Shown here: positions 41,573 through 54,392 of the stretch, one piece after another
Layout: each line of letters begins with the position of its first letter
How positions within the stretch are numbered: position 1 is the first letter of the stretch
Assembly (NCBI GenBank): GCA_964016885.1
Contig: OZ024760.1
Span: 18,166,001 to 18,230,000 of the forward strand
Direction of reading: 5' to 3'
Length of the DNA: 64,000 nt
DNA from: Eledone cirrhosa
Taxonomy: Eukaryota
The notes under the pieces: generated by a model
Database searches by the model: none
Seen by the model: the letters and a program-made list of their open reading frames with translations, nothing else
What the model was told of the DNA's origin: nothing
Position numbers and translations under genes: made by a program

Positions 41573-41785
41573 TAAGATATAGTTAGAAATAAAAGATAAT
41601 ATTGTTTCTACTTTTTGGCACAAGGCCAGCAATTACCCCCAGTGCATTACTGGTACTTTATTTCATTGACCCTGTAAGGATAACAGGCAAAGTTTACCTC
41701 GGCGGGATTTGAACTCAGACCATAAAGGGATGTAGTTCTATGCTGGAAAGCATGGCGTCCGACCTTCTACCGATACTGCCAATCT

Positions 41786-41965
41786 ATAATGTGACTATGG
41801 GGACTCTGACCCTGACCAGACTGTGTTGCATGTTGTTCAGGATTTACCTCCTCAGATATTTTCCCGGTGACCTGGATGCTATCCATAATGCTGAAAATGA
41901 CACCTCGGTCCCTCTCACTGGTCTCGACCTGTCTCTCTAACTATTGTGTATGTGTCATACAACAA
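41786..41965 (+). mobile_element. Degenerate LINE 3' end (Vingi/Ingi-like); related copy at 42890-43085
   Basis: Decayed CD.G..DQTVLHVVQD.P...FPGDLDAIHNAEND...LDLSL* followed by tgtcatacaacaa. Confidence 0.5.
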
Positions 41966-41981
41966 GGTTCCTAATAATTAA

Positions 41982-42655
41982 ACACTGTAAAGTGGTCATG
42001 TAGGTGTCACTACAGAAAACACCCAGTCCACACTGTAAAGTGGTCGTGTAGGTGTCACAACAAAAAACACCCAGTGGCACTGTAAAGTGGTCGTGTAGGT
42101 GTCACAACAAAAAACACCCAGTGACACTGTAAAGTGGTCGTGTAGGTGTCACAACAAAAAACACCCAGTGACACTGTAAAGTGGTCATGTAGGTGTCACA
42201 ACAAAAAACACCCAGTGACACTGTAAAGTGGTCGTGTAGGTGTCACAACAAAAAACACCCAGTCCACACTGTAAAGTGGTCATGTAGGTGTCACAACAAA
42301 AAACACCCAGTGACACTGTAAAGTGGTCATGTAGGTGTCACAACAAAAAGCACCCAGTGACACTGTAAAGTGGTCATGTAGGTGTCACAACAAAAAACAC
42401 CCAGTGACACTGTAAAGTGGTCGTGTAGGTGTCACAACAAAAAGCACCAGTCCACACTGTAAAGTGGTCATGTAGGTGTCACAACAAAAAACACCCAGTC
42501 CACACTGTAAAGTGGTCGTGTAGGTGTCACAACAAAAAACACCCAGTGACACTGTAAAGTGGTCGTGTAGGTGTCACAACAAAAAACACCCAGTGACACT
42601 GTAAAGTGGTCATGTAGGTGTCACGACAAAAAGCACCCAGCACACACTGTAAATG
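41982..42655. repeat. ~48-bp minisatellite inside a SINE B-related element
   Basis: cactgtaaagtggtcgtgtaggtgtcacaacaaaaaacacccagtga units followed by the GTTAGGAA...(ATG)n tail. Confidence 0.92.
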
Positions 42656-44524
42656 TGGTTGGCGTTAGGAAACACATCCAGCTGTAAAAATCTAGCCAGA
42701 AAGAGTTCTATATGTGCAAGACATGGTCACCTGACCCAACTTGCCTCAAATGGGACAACCTGTCTAACTCATGTTAGTGTGGAAGGTGGGCATTAACTGA
42801 TGATGATGATGATGAAGATACCATGGGGATGGCATGGAGTCGGTAAGCTGTAGGTGAGGCAACCTGTCTAGGAGAATGGCCACTCCTAATAATGTAACTG
42901 TAGGGACCTTAATCAGACAGTACTGTATGTTTTTCGGGATTGCCCTGCCTCAGATGTTCTCCCAGTGGCAACCTGGAGGCTATTCATAATGCTAAAAATG
43001 ACACCTTGGTCTGGCTCACCTGTCCTGACCTGTTTTTCTAACTATTGTACATATGTCATACAACAACAACAACAACAACAACAAAAAGGCTAAAACTAAA
43101 CAATTCAGGTGTATTGTAAGTTCCAATTTATACCTAGAGGTTCAAATCTCACCATGCAACGAGAGCTAATCACCTGACCATGAGACTACAGCTGATCCTT
43201 TTTCATATTCTTCTTCTTCATCATCTTTTACAAACATCTCAGCCCTCCCTACCATCACCACCAACACGCCCTCTCCTCCCCACCCTAAACACCTCCCATA
43301 CCCAGGTGAGTTATTTAGTAAACAGAAATAAAGTACATCGTTAAAGATTTCTCCAGGTGTGCAGGTGTGTATAAATATATACAGTAGCATCACAGGAGTG
43401 ATCTCACCTGGATGGTGTGGGTGGGTGTGGGGTGAGGGTCGAGGTGGGTGTGGGGGTGAGGATAATGGTGGTGGTGGTGGTGGTGTGGTGGTGGTGGTGG
43501 TGGTGGTGTGGTGGTGGTGGTGGTGGTGGTGATGATGGGGTGAGGATGATGGTGGTGGTGATGGTAATGATAATGGTGATGGTAATGGTGGTGGTGGTGG
43601 TGATGGTGGTGGTGGTGGGGGTGATGGTAATGGTGGTGGTGATGGTAATGGTGGTGGTGGTGGTGATGGTGGTGGTGGTGGGGGTGAGGATAATGGTGGT
43701 GGTGATGGTAATGGTGGTGGTGGTGGTGATGGTGGTGGAGATTATAATGGTGGTGGTGGTGGTGGTGATGGTGGTGGTGGTGGGGGTGAGGATAATGGTG
43801 GTGGTGATGGTAATGGTGGTGGTGGTGGTGATGGTGGTGGAGATTATAATGGTGGTGGTGGTGGTGGTGGTGGTGGTGGGGTGAGGATGATGGTGGTGGT
43901 GATGGTGGTGGTGGTGGTGAGGATAATGGGGATGATGGTCATGGTGGTAGTAGTGGTGGTGGTGGTGGTTGAGGTGGTGATGGTGGTGGTGGTGGTGGGG
44001 AGGATGATAATGATGATGATGGTAATGATGATGATGATGATGGTAATGGTGGTGATGATGATAATGATGATGATGATGATGCTGCTCACCTCCGTAAGAA
44101 CACCACCTTAACCCAGTTTCATCGCAGCTGTATCCTTGGTAACACACAAGGAAGAAGAAGGTGGTGGGGACAGAGAGGAATGATGGTGGTGGTGGTGGGG
44201 GTGGGTGGAGAGGAATGGTGTTGGGTGGATGTGGAATGGTGGTGGGGGGGAGAAAGGAATGGTGGTGGTGGTGGTGGGGATGGTTTCGCTCTAAAATACA
44301 AAAAAAAAAATGAAACAATATCTAAGACAAAAAAGGTGCAGGAGGAGGAGGCGGCGGGGGAGGAGGGGTTTATAATAAAATGATATAAAAAACAACAACA
44401 ACAGCAGCAGCAGCAATGTGTTAGAGCTCCTTTGAGTGTCATGTTGTGAAGAGGTGGAGTGAGGTAGAACTGGGGCGGAGGGGAGTTAGGGAGACAGGAA
44501 GGGATGTAGAGAGAGAGGGAGGAA

Positions 44525-45120
44525 GAGAGAGAGAGATGGATAGAGAGGGAGAATAGAGATGGACGGATAGAGGGGAGTTAGAGAGAGAGAGAGAGGAATG
44601 TAGAGAGAGGGAGGGAGGGAGAGATAGATAGGTAGAGAAATAGGGAGAGCGATGAAGAGAGAGTGAGAGGGAGAGAGAGAGAGATGGATAGAGAGGGAGA
44701 ATAGAGATGGACGGATAGAGGGGAGTTAGAGAGAGAGAGAGAGGAATGTAGAGAGAGGGAGGGAGGGAGAGATAGATAGGTAGAGAAATAGGGAGAGCGA
44801 TGAAGAGAGAGTGAGAGGGAGAGAGAGAGAGATGGATAGAGAGGGAGAATAGAGATGGACGGATAGAGGGGAGTTAGAGAGAGAGAGAGAGGAATGTAGA
44901 GAGAGGGAGGGAGGGAGAGATAGATAGGTAGAGAAATAGGGAGAGCGATGAAGAGAGAGTGAGAGGGAGAGAGAGAGAGATGGATAGAGAGGGAGAATAG
45001 AGATGGACGGATAGAGGGGAGTTAGAGAGAGAGAGAGAGGAATGTAGAGAGAGGGAGGGAGGGAGAGATAGATAGGTAGAGAAATAGGGAGAGCGGTGAA
45101 GAGAGAGTGAGAGGGAGAGA
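44525..45120. repeat. 148-bp purine-rich tandem repeat, 4 copies
   Basis: gatggatagagagggagaatagagatggacgg at 44535, 44683, 44831 and 44979. Confidence 0.9.
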
Positions 45121-45288
45121 AAGCAATTATTTACATCAAGAAATGTGTTCCGAAAACAAAACAAAAGTACTCAGAAAATTTTTTTAAAAAGACAACAAAT
45201 GTTTACTTTGCATGATTTCTGTACAGACAAACACACACACACATACATATATATGTGTGTGTATGTGTGTGTGTGTGTGTGTGTGTGT

Positions 45289-45970
45289 AAAAGGTAAACA
45301 GAAATAACAACACAATCGGTACAGTATATGGAAGGGATATATTAGGTTAACGCTTGATATAGCAGGAAGAGGGTCTTAACGTTTCGGACGCTAGTCCTTC
45401 ATCAGAAGAAAGAATGAGAAATAAGATAGATTGAGGGGACGGGCGCCGTCGGGCGGTCGTTTTGGAAGCCTCAACAATGCAGATGGGTAAATCTCCGGGT
45501 AACAGAATCAGGTGGTAATGAGAGAGAAAGAGAGAGAGATGTAAGAGGAAATGTAGAATGAGATGTATAGGGTGTAGAGGAATGTGGGAAAAGTGTAAAA
45601 ATAATAACACCAGATAGAGTTACCTTGGAAGGGATTTAATTGTCCCTATATTTTGGATTTCGCATCCATCAACTGAGGGTTTCCGAGGGGAAAGGTTTTT
45701 AGTCGGAGAGGGACAACGCGTGGCCTTTGTTGTTTATCGTGTGCGTACAACTGAAAAGTTGTATATATGAAAAGATTCAGGACCCCAACAGCTGAGCTCC
45801 GGCCATTTTGACAGCTAGATCTGAGTTTGGATCTAGCTGCTGAAATGGCTGGAGCTCAGCTGTCAGGGTCCTGAATCTTTTCATATTACCCATATTACCC
45901 ACTCTACTACCCCAAGTATTGAGTACTCTTGTGGGTTATGGTCTAGCTGGTTTTTACTTTACTACACCCT
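45289..45970 (-). mobile_element. Non-autonomous Penelope-like (pLTR/retrozyme-like) element
   Basis: Unique segment bounded by (GT)n and (TA)n, containing the minimal HHR, a ~120-nt hairpin (45765-45886) and a GTACTCAATAC motif also seen at 12679 and 54232. Its 3' end is repeated at 62128-62189. Confidence 0.55.
45374..45409 (-). ncRNA. Minimal Penelope-type hammerhead ribozyme
   Basis: Minus strand UCUU-CUGAUGA-A-GGAC-UAGC-GUCC-GAAAC-GUU|AAGA: stem I UCUU/AAGA, 4-bp stem II, palindromic AACGUU stem III. Confidence 0.8.
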
Positions 45971-45971
45971 A

Positions 45972-46023
<52 letters not shown>

Positions 46024-46564
46024 TCACACACAGACATATAAATACACACACATATATATATATAAATACAAACAAGTACACACACATAAACATACAAATA
46101 TACACATACACACATAGACATATGTGCATTTAGATACACACTCACATATAGACATGCATACACACACATACAGAAAAGCACACATACCCACACACACACA
46201 TATACATACTCACACATGTTGACACACAGGCAGGCACACATTAACATATATACATACAAAACATGCACATATACACATAAACACATGCACTCACACACAC
46301 AGAGTAAACAAATCAATCAATACAGGATGTATAAATGTTCTTTCTTCAAAAATCAAATAAGTTCGACTTTGATGACATTTGAAAAACTGATTAAAGTTGG
46401 TTATTTCACTCCACTTGATCGTTAACGAGCTAAATTGTTATTATAAATAAACATGAAATATTTGGGAAGTAACTGATAAACACAACAGGTAAATAATAAA
46501 TATTTAGAGTTCCTTGAACTACAGCCATCCCTAGAAATTGAGTATGACTTGGTTGTGTGAGTAC

Positions 46565-47735
46565 CAGCTAGGAGAGAGAGAGGACAGCACACTATACAGT
46601 CACAAGTAGACACAGACACCCTTTGGTGACGTTCGTAACAGGATGTGACAGCTAGAGAGAGGGGGCAGCACCCTATACAGTCACAAGTAGACAGTGACAC
46701 CCTCTGGTGACAGCTAGAAAGAGAGGGGGCAGCACCCTATACAGTCACAAGTAGACAGTGACACCCTCTGGTGACAGCTAGAAAGAGAGGGGGCAGCACC
46801 CTATACAGTCACAAGTAGACAGTGACACCCTCTCGTGACAGCTAGAAAGAGAGGGGGCAGCACCCTATACAGTCACAAGTAAACAGTGACACCCTCTGGT
46901 GACAGCTAGAAAAAGAGGGGGCAGCACCCTATACAGCCACAAGTAGACAGTGACACCCTCTGGTGACAGCTAGAAAGAGAGGGGGCAGCACCCTATACAG
47001 CCACAAGTAGACAGTGACACCCTCTGGTGACAGCTAGAAAGAGAGGGGGCAGCACCCTATACAGCCACAAGTAGACAGTGACACCCTCTGGTGACAGCTA
47101 GAAAGAGGGGGGGCAGCACCCTATACAGTCACAAGTAGACAGTGACACCCTCTGGTGACAGCTAGAAAGAGAGGGGGGCAGCACCCTATACAGTCACAAG
47201 TAGACAGTGACACCCTCTGGTGACAGCTAGAAAGAGAGGGGGCAGCACCCTATACAGTCACAAGTAGACAGTGACACCCTCTGGTGACAGCTAGAAAGAG
47301 AGGGGGCAGCACCCTATACAGTCACAAGTAGACAGTGACACCCTCTGGTGACAGCTAGAAAGAGAGGGGGCAGCACCCTATACAGCCACAAGTAGACAGT
47401 GACACCCTCTGGTGACAGCTAGAAAGAGAGGGGGCAGCACCCTATACAGCCACAAGTAGACAGTGACACCCTCTGGTGACAGCTAGAAAGAGAGGGGGCA
47501 GCACCCTATACAGCCACAAGTAGACAGTGACACCCTCTGGTGACAGCTAGAAAGAGAGGGGGCAGCACCCTATACAGCCACAAGTAGACAGTGACACCCT
47601 CTGGTGACAGCTAGAAAGAGAGGGGGCAGCACCCTATACAGTCACAAGTAGACAGTGACACCCTCTGGTGACAGCTAGAAAGAGAGGGGGCAGCACCCTA
47701 TACAGTCACAAGTAGACAGTGACACCCTCTCGTGA
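46565..47735. repeat. 64-bp minisatellite, ~17 copies
   Basis: gacagctagaaagagagggggcagcaccctatacagtcacaagtagacagtgacaccctctggt. Confidence 0.96.
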
Positions 47736-47867
47736 ATTTCGTGACACAATGTGAGAACTGGAAGGAGAGAAAGGACTATACCCTATACAATCACAAGTAA
47801 ATATAGACATCCTTTTGTGACCCTCATGACAGGATGTGAGAGCTGGAAGGAGAGAGAGAGGACGGAA

Positions 47868-48215
47868 CCCTTCGTCAGATTCAGGAGAAATGCAGAGAGC
47901 AGGGCCTGCCACTCTACATGATGTTTATAGGCCTCACCAAGACCTTTGACCTGGTCAGCAGAGAGGGCCTATTTGAAGTTCTTAAGAGTATCAGATGACC
48001 CCCAAACTCCACGGGCCTGTGTTCTTAGCACTGTGCTCTATGGAAGTGAAACCTGGAGTGACCTACATGAGGCAAGAACATTGGCTCAATGCCTTCCACA
48101 TGTGGTGTCTCAAACACATCCTTAGGGTCAGATGGCAGGACCATATCCCACACAATGACATCCTACAATATGCCAGGATTCCCAGCATGTATTCCCTGCT
48201 GAGTCAGCGCCGGAG
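47868..48215 (+). mobile_element. RTE-clade LINE ORF remnant, internally deleted
   Basis: LRQIQEKCREQGLPLYMMFIGLTKTFDLVSREGLF joined to ACVLSTVLYGSETW...LNAFHMWCLKHILRVRWQDHI; contains a stop and frameshifts. Confidence 0.85.
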
Positions 48216-48259
48216 AGAACTCGTCCATGGATCTCGGGAATTTTACCTGCCCTAGATAG

Positions 48260-48605
48260 ATCATCATCCTCATCATTTCATTTTACGTCTGCTTTTCCCT
48301 GCTTGCAAGGGTGGGACGGGAACTGATTCTGGCTTGATTTCTACAGCTGGATGCCCTTCCTAACACCAACCTCATTTACAGTGAGTGCTGGGTGTTTTTT
48401 TTGCCGTGGCACCTCCACGACCACTCTGCAGTGGAATGATAGGGACCCCAGTCCCTATCATCTCATTTCTACAGCTGAGTAAACTGGAGCAATGTGAAAT
48501 GAAGTGTCTTGCTCAAGGAAACAACACATCACCCGGTCTGAGAATTGAACTCACAACCTTTCGATTGCAAGGCCAATGCTCTAACCACTAAGCCATGTGC
48601 CTCCA
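48260..48605 (-). mobile_element. Second near-identical family B SINE
   Basis: Reverse complement of 32581-32920 with few changes; related heads at about 6400-6570 (-), 56688-56945 (+) and 61455-61555 (+). Confidence 0.85.
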
Positions 48606-48738
48606 TATGCCTCTATATAAATATACATGTTCACATACATATATATATATATTTATATACATACATACATATTCTCTTTTACTCTTTTACCTGTTCCAGC
48701 CATCCGGCTGAGGCCATGCTGGGGCACCGACCGTGTGG

Positions 48739-48838
48739 AAAAATATGGAACGCTTCACAAATTTGCGTGTCATCCTTGCTCAGGGGCCATGCTAATCTTA
48801 TCTGTATCGTTCCAATTTTAGTATATGTACTGTCGAAG

Positions 48839-48845
<7 letters not shown>
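48739..48845 (-). pseudogene. U6: U6 snRNA full-length copy, probably a pseudogene
   Basis: Reverse complement TTGCTTCGACAGTACATATACTAAAATTGGAACGATACAGATAAGATTAGCATGGCCCCTGAGCAAGGATGACACGCAAATTTGTGAAGCGTTCCATATTTTT matches U6. ACAGAGA box reads ACAGATA (position 48800), with other substitutions; the 5' flank is (TA)n with no visible PSE. Confidence 0.9.
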
Positions 48846-48902
<57 letters not shown>

Positions 48903-48910
<8 letters not shown>

Positions 48911-49058
48911 ATACTTTGGGAGGGTCATGTTGCCAATAAGAAACACACGCACCAGTTGCTTTCACTTCAATTTATTATATATTTATAAATTTATAAATTT
49001 ACAAATTTACAAACTTATAAATTTCTGGTTGGTTGGTTGGTTCCACAACCAGATAGTT

Positions 49059-49096
<38 letters not shown>

Positions 49097-49272
49097 AACT
49101 ATAAACAACTATAAACAACTATCTGGTTGTGGAACCAACCAACCAACCAGAAATTTATAAGTTTGTAAATTTGTAAATTTATAAATTTATAAATATATAA
49201 TAAATTGAAGTGAAAGCAACTGGTGCGTGTGTTTCTTATTGGCAACATGACCCTCCCAAAGTATAACAATAT
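48903..49272. repeat. Perfect fold-back palindrome, ~163-bp arms around a (TA)n/ATAAACAACT spacer
   Basis: 48903-49065 is the reverse complement of 49110-49272. Confidence 0.95.
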
Positions 49273-49334
49273 CGGTTTCAACACACGATTTCAGATAAAA
49301 AATCTTGCTAAACAAATTCAGAAACGAAATATAT

Positions 49335-49381
<47 letters not shown>

Positions 49382-49601
49382 AATATAAATTAGCGAGAAT
49401 CGTATTTCGGCTATTGGAAATTAGCGAAAAACAACTTCCGAGATGTGTGGCAAGCGCTCAATAAATTCTAACGAACTAGAGCTACAACATACGTTAAAAG
49501 GCCAAACGCACTGAGACGATGGTTAAACCATTATCCGCACAGCCATAGAAACGACCAAGTAATTCGGGTCAAACAGATAGAAAAATGTGATTGAAAAATA
49601 C

Positions 49602-49629
49602 ATATATATTGCTTTGGCAGTACATATAC
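49602..49629 (+). pseudogene. U6 snRNA 5' head fragment (5' stem-loop plus ATATAC)
   Basis: atatataTTGCTTTGGCAGTACATATAC matches the first ~27 nt of U6 and the copy at 48.8 kb; similarity stops abruptly after CATATAC. Confidence 0.75.
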
Positions 49630-49692
49630 AATCCGACAGCCGAAGGATATCGATGTAAAAGGAGATAGGAAAATCTGCTTCGTAAGAATCAA

Positions 49693-49788
49693 GATGTATC
49701 TGAGGACCTTGCGATTTTCGGAGTCAGGTTCGATCACCACATCGATCGTGCCTCGAGCTGGTCGGCAGAGAAACGATTGTAATATGTC
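49693..49788 (+). ncRNA. Putative type-I hammerhead ribozyme with long stem II
   Basis: Stem I GAUGUAU(49693-99)/AUAUGUC(49782-88); core CUGAGGA 49700-06; GAAA 49770-73; stem III AC-GAUU-GU; cleavage GUA 49779-81; AATAAA at 49790. Stem II is imperfect. Confidence 0.6.
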
Positions 49789-49835
49789 CAATAAATTCCA
49801 TTCGTCGCAACACTGATTCTCTTTTTTTCTGTGAT

Positions 49836-49892
<57 letters not shown>

Positions 49893-50429
49893 TTCGTTTA
49901 ACGTCCATTTTCCACGCTAGCATGGGTATCATCATCATCATCATCGTCATATATATATATGAGAGATATACATACACATATATATCAGTGTATATACATA
50001 CATACATACACACATACATACACATGTATATATATAAATATATCTGTTAGGTTAGAGCTGCTTCAAAAGTCTTCTTCACCATCCAATGGAACAATCCAGC
50101 AACAACAGGAAAATTTCTATAGATTTATTTTTTTGTTGTGGTGGCGATGGTGGTGATGGTGGTGGTGGTGGTGGTGGGGAGGGGTAAGGAACAAGTGGTG
50201 GAGGATCTCTCAAACAGCAACAACAACAACAACAACAACAGCAACAATGATAGTAATACATAAATAGATATATGTATAAAAATAATTCAAATAAAGTGAT
50301 GCAACTTGTTGGCTTTTATTTTTTTTTTTTTCAAGTAGGTGCATCTCTGCATCTCTGTATCCTAGCCTCCTGTACAATCTCCACGGATACACGTGTGCAT
50401 CTGCACTAAGTCATGCATATATGTACTAA

Positions 50430-52285
<1,856 letters not shown>

Positions 52286-54257
52286 CATACATTGATTTTG
52301 GGGTTGTTGATTTTTGCATCTTCCTTACATCCTGCTGTATTATGAGTGCTATATGATGGTGATGGTGGGGGTGATGGTGGTGGTGGTGGTGATGGTGGTG
52401 GTGGTGATAGTGATGGTGGTGGTGATGGTGGTGGTGATGATTGGCGTTGTATGGTGATGGTGGTGGTGATGGTAATGGTGGTGGTGATGATGGGTACTGT
52501 ATGGGGATGATGCTCACTTCTAAAGAGTAAATGTAATTGGGTCATCATTATCATCATCATCATCATCGCCATTATCATCATCATCATCATCACTGTCCTC
52601 ATCATCACCATCAGCATCACCATTATCATCATCACCATTATCACCATCATCACCATCATTGTCATCACCATCATTGTCATCACCATCATCATCACCATCA
52701 TTGTGATCACCATCATCATCACCATCATTGTGATCACCATCATTGTGATCACCATCATCATCACCATCATTGTGATCACCATCATCATCACCATCATTGT
52801 GATCACCATCATCATCACCATCATCTTAGACCTGTTTTCTCCCCACCCTCGTAAAATTGATGGACCCTCACCAATGCAGTGTCTGCAGTCTCTTCACAAG
52901 GTTCACCTTCCTACCCCCTCTCCCTCTCTCCCTCTCTCTCTCCCTCTACCTTCCTACCCCCTCTCCCTCTCTCTCTCTCCCTCTACCTTCCTACCCTCTC
53001 TCTCACTCCCTGTCTCTCTCTCCCCCTCTCTCACTCCCTGTCTATCTCTCCCCTCTCTCACTCCCTGTCTCTCTCTCCCTCTACCTTTCTACCCTCTTTC
53101 CCTCTCCCTCTCTCCTGCTCTCTCTCTCTCTCCCTGTCTCTCTCTCCCTCTACCTTCCTACCCTCTCTCCCTCTCCTTGTCTCTCTCCCTCTCCCTGTCT
53201 CCCCCTCTCCCTCTCCCCGTCTCTCTCTCCCCTCTCTATCACCCTCTACCTTCCTACCCCCTCTCTCTCTCTCTCTTGATCCTGCACAGCTGTGCAGATA
53301 TCTAGCACCTCACTGCACCAGCTGCACACTGTACATATTACCCTGGGACTGACACTACAGATGACATGTAGCTTTGGTGTTGTTGTTGTTGTTACTACCT
53401 TTGTTGTTGTTACTACCGTTGTTGTTGTCACTACCGTTGTTGTTGTTGTCACTACCATTGTTGTTGTTGTTGTTACTATTGTTGTTGTTGTCACTATTAT
53501 TGTTGTTGCTACTGTTGTTGTTGTTACTATTGTTGTTGTTGTCACTATTGTTGTTGCTACTGTTGTTGCTGTCACTGTTGCTGCTGTTGTTTAGCCCCAG
53601 GTGGGCCATGATTCAGTGAAAATACAAACAAAAACACTCCACCCATGACCAGCCCCAGCAATCTCACCCCTTTTAGTTTATTTATGACATTGTCTACCTT
53701 GGACTATATTATCTAATGAGGTAGTAAGATGTGGCACAAGGGAGATATCTGTATATGCTGTAATATATATCATCATCATCATCATCATCATCATCGTTTA
53801 ACGTCCATCTTCCACGCTTGCATGGGTTTGGACGGGAATTTTCCCACTTGAGGCAAGATTGGTTGTCTTGCTCGTATAGGACTGTCTGGCAGGTTTTCTA
53901 CAGTTGGATGCCCTTCCTAACACCAACCACATTTACAGTGTGGACTGGGAGGTTTTTACCGTGTTACCTACACGGCCACATTACAGCGTGGACTGTGTGT
54001 TTTTTTGTCGTGACACCTACACGTCTGGTGGGTTTTCTACGGCTGGATGCCCTTCCTAACACCAACCACATTTACAGTGTGGGACTGGGAGGTTTTTACC
54101 GTGTTACCTACATGGCCACATTACAGCGTGGACTGTGTGTTTTTTTTGTTGTGACACCTACACGACCTCATTTGTATATATATATAGGTAAGTTATTCCG
54201 GGTTGAATCGGAGGTAACCACAGTAAGTAAGGTACTCAATACATAGCAGAGTATAAA

Positions 54258-54392
54258 AGTTTTAATATAGATCAGATTCTACAGGACTAGAACTGTTTCA
54301 TTCTTGAGAAATCATCAGGAATCAGAGATTCCTGATGATTTCTCAAGAATGAAACAGTTCTAGTCCTGTAGAATCTCATCTATATTAAAACT
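54258..54392. repeat. Near-perfect fold-back palindrome, 66-bp arms, 3-nt loop
   Basis: 54258-54323 is the reverse complement of 54327-54392 with one mismatch. Confidence 0.95.
54327..54375 (+). ncRNA. Type-I hammerhead ribozyme (mirror copy on minus strand at 54275-54323)
   Basis: GAUUC-CUGAUGA-UUUCUCAAGAAU-GAAA-CAG-UUCUAGUC-CUG-UA|GAAUC: stem I GAUUC/GAAUC, stem III ACAG/CUGU, GUA cleavage site; stem II is weak. Confidence 0.8.

Noticed and set aside
49262-49300. Minus-strand CTGAAAT...GAAACCGATA hammerhead-like text beside the palindrome
   Set aside because: The core lacks the GA of CUGANGA and no stem I forms; at best a relic.
49652-49675. AAAGGAGA resemblance to U6atac; GATC motifs suggesting 7SK
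   Set aside because: The matches are too short, and the rest of the U6atac or 7SK sequence and structure is absent.
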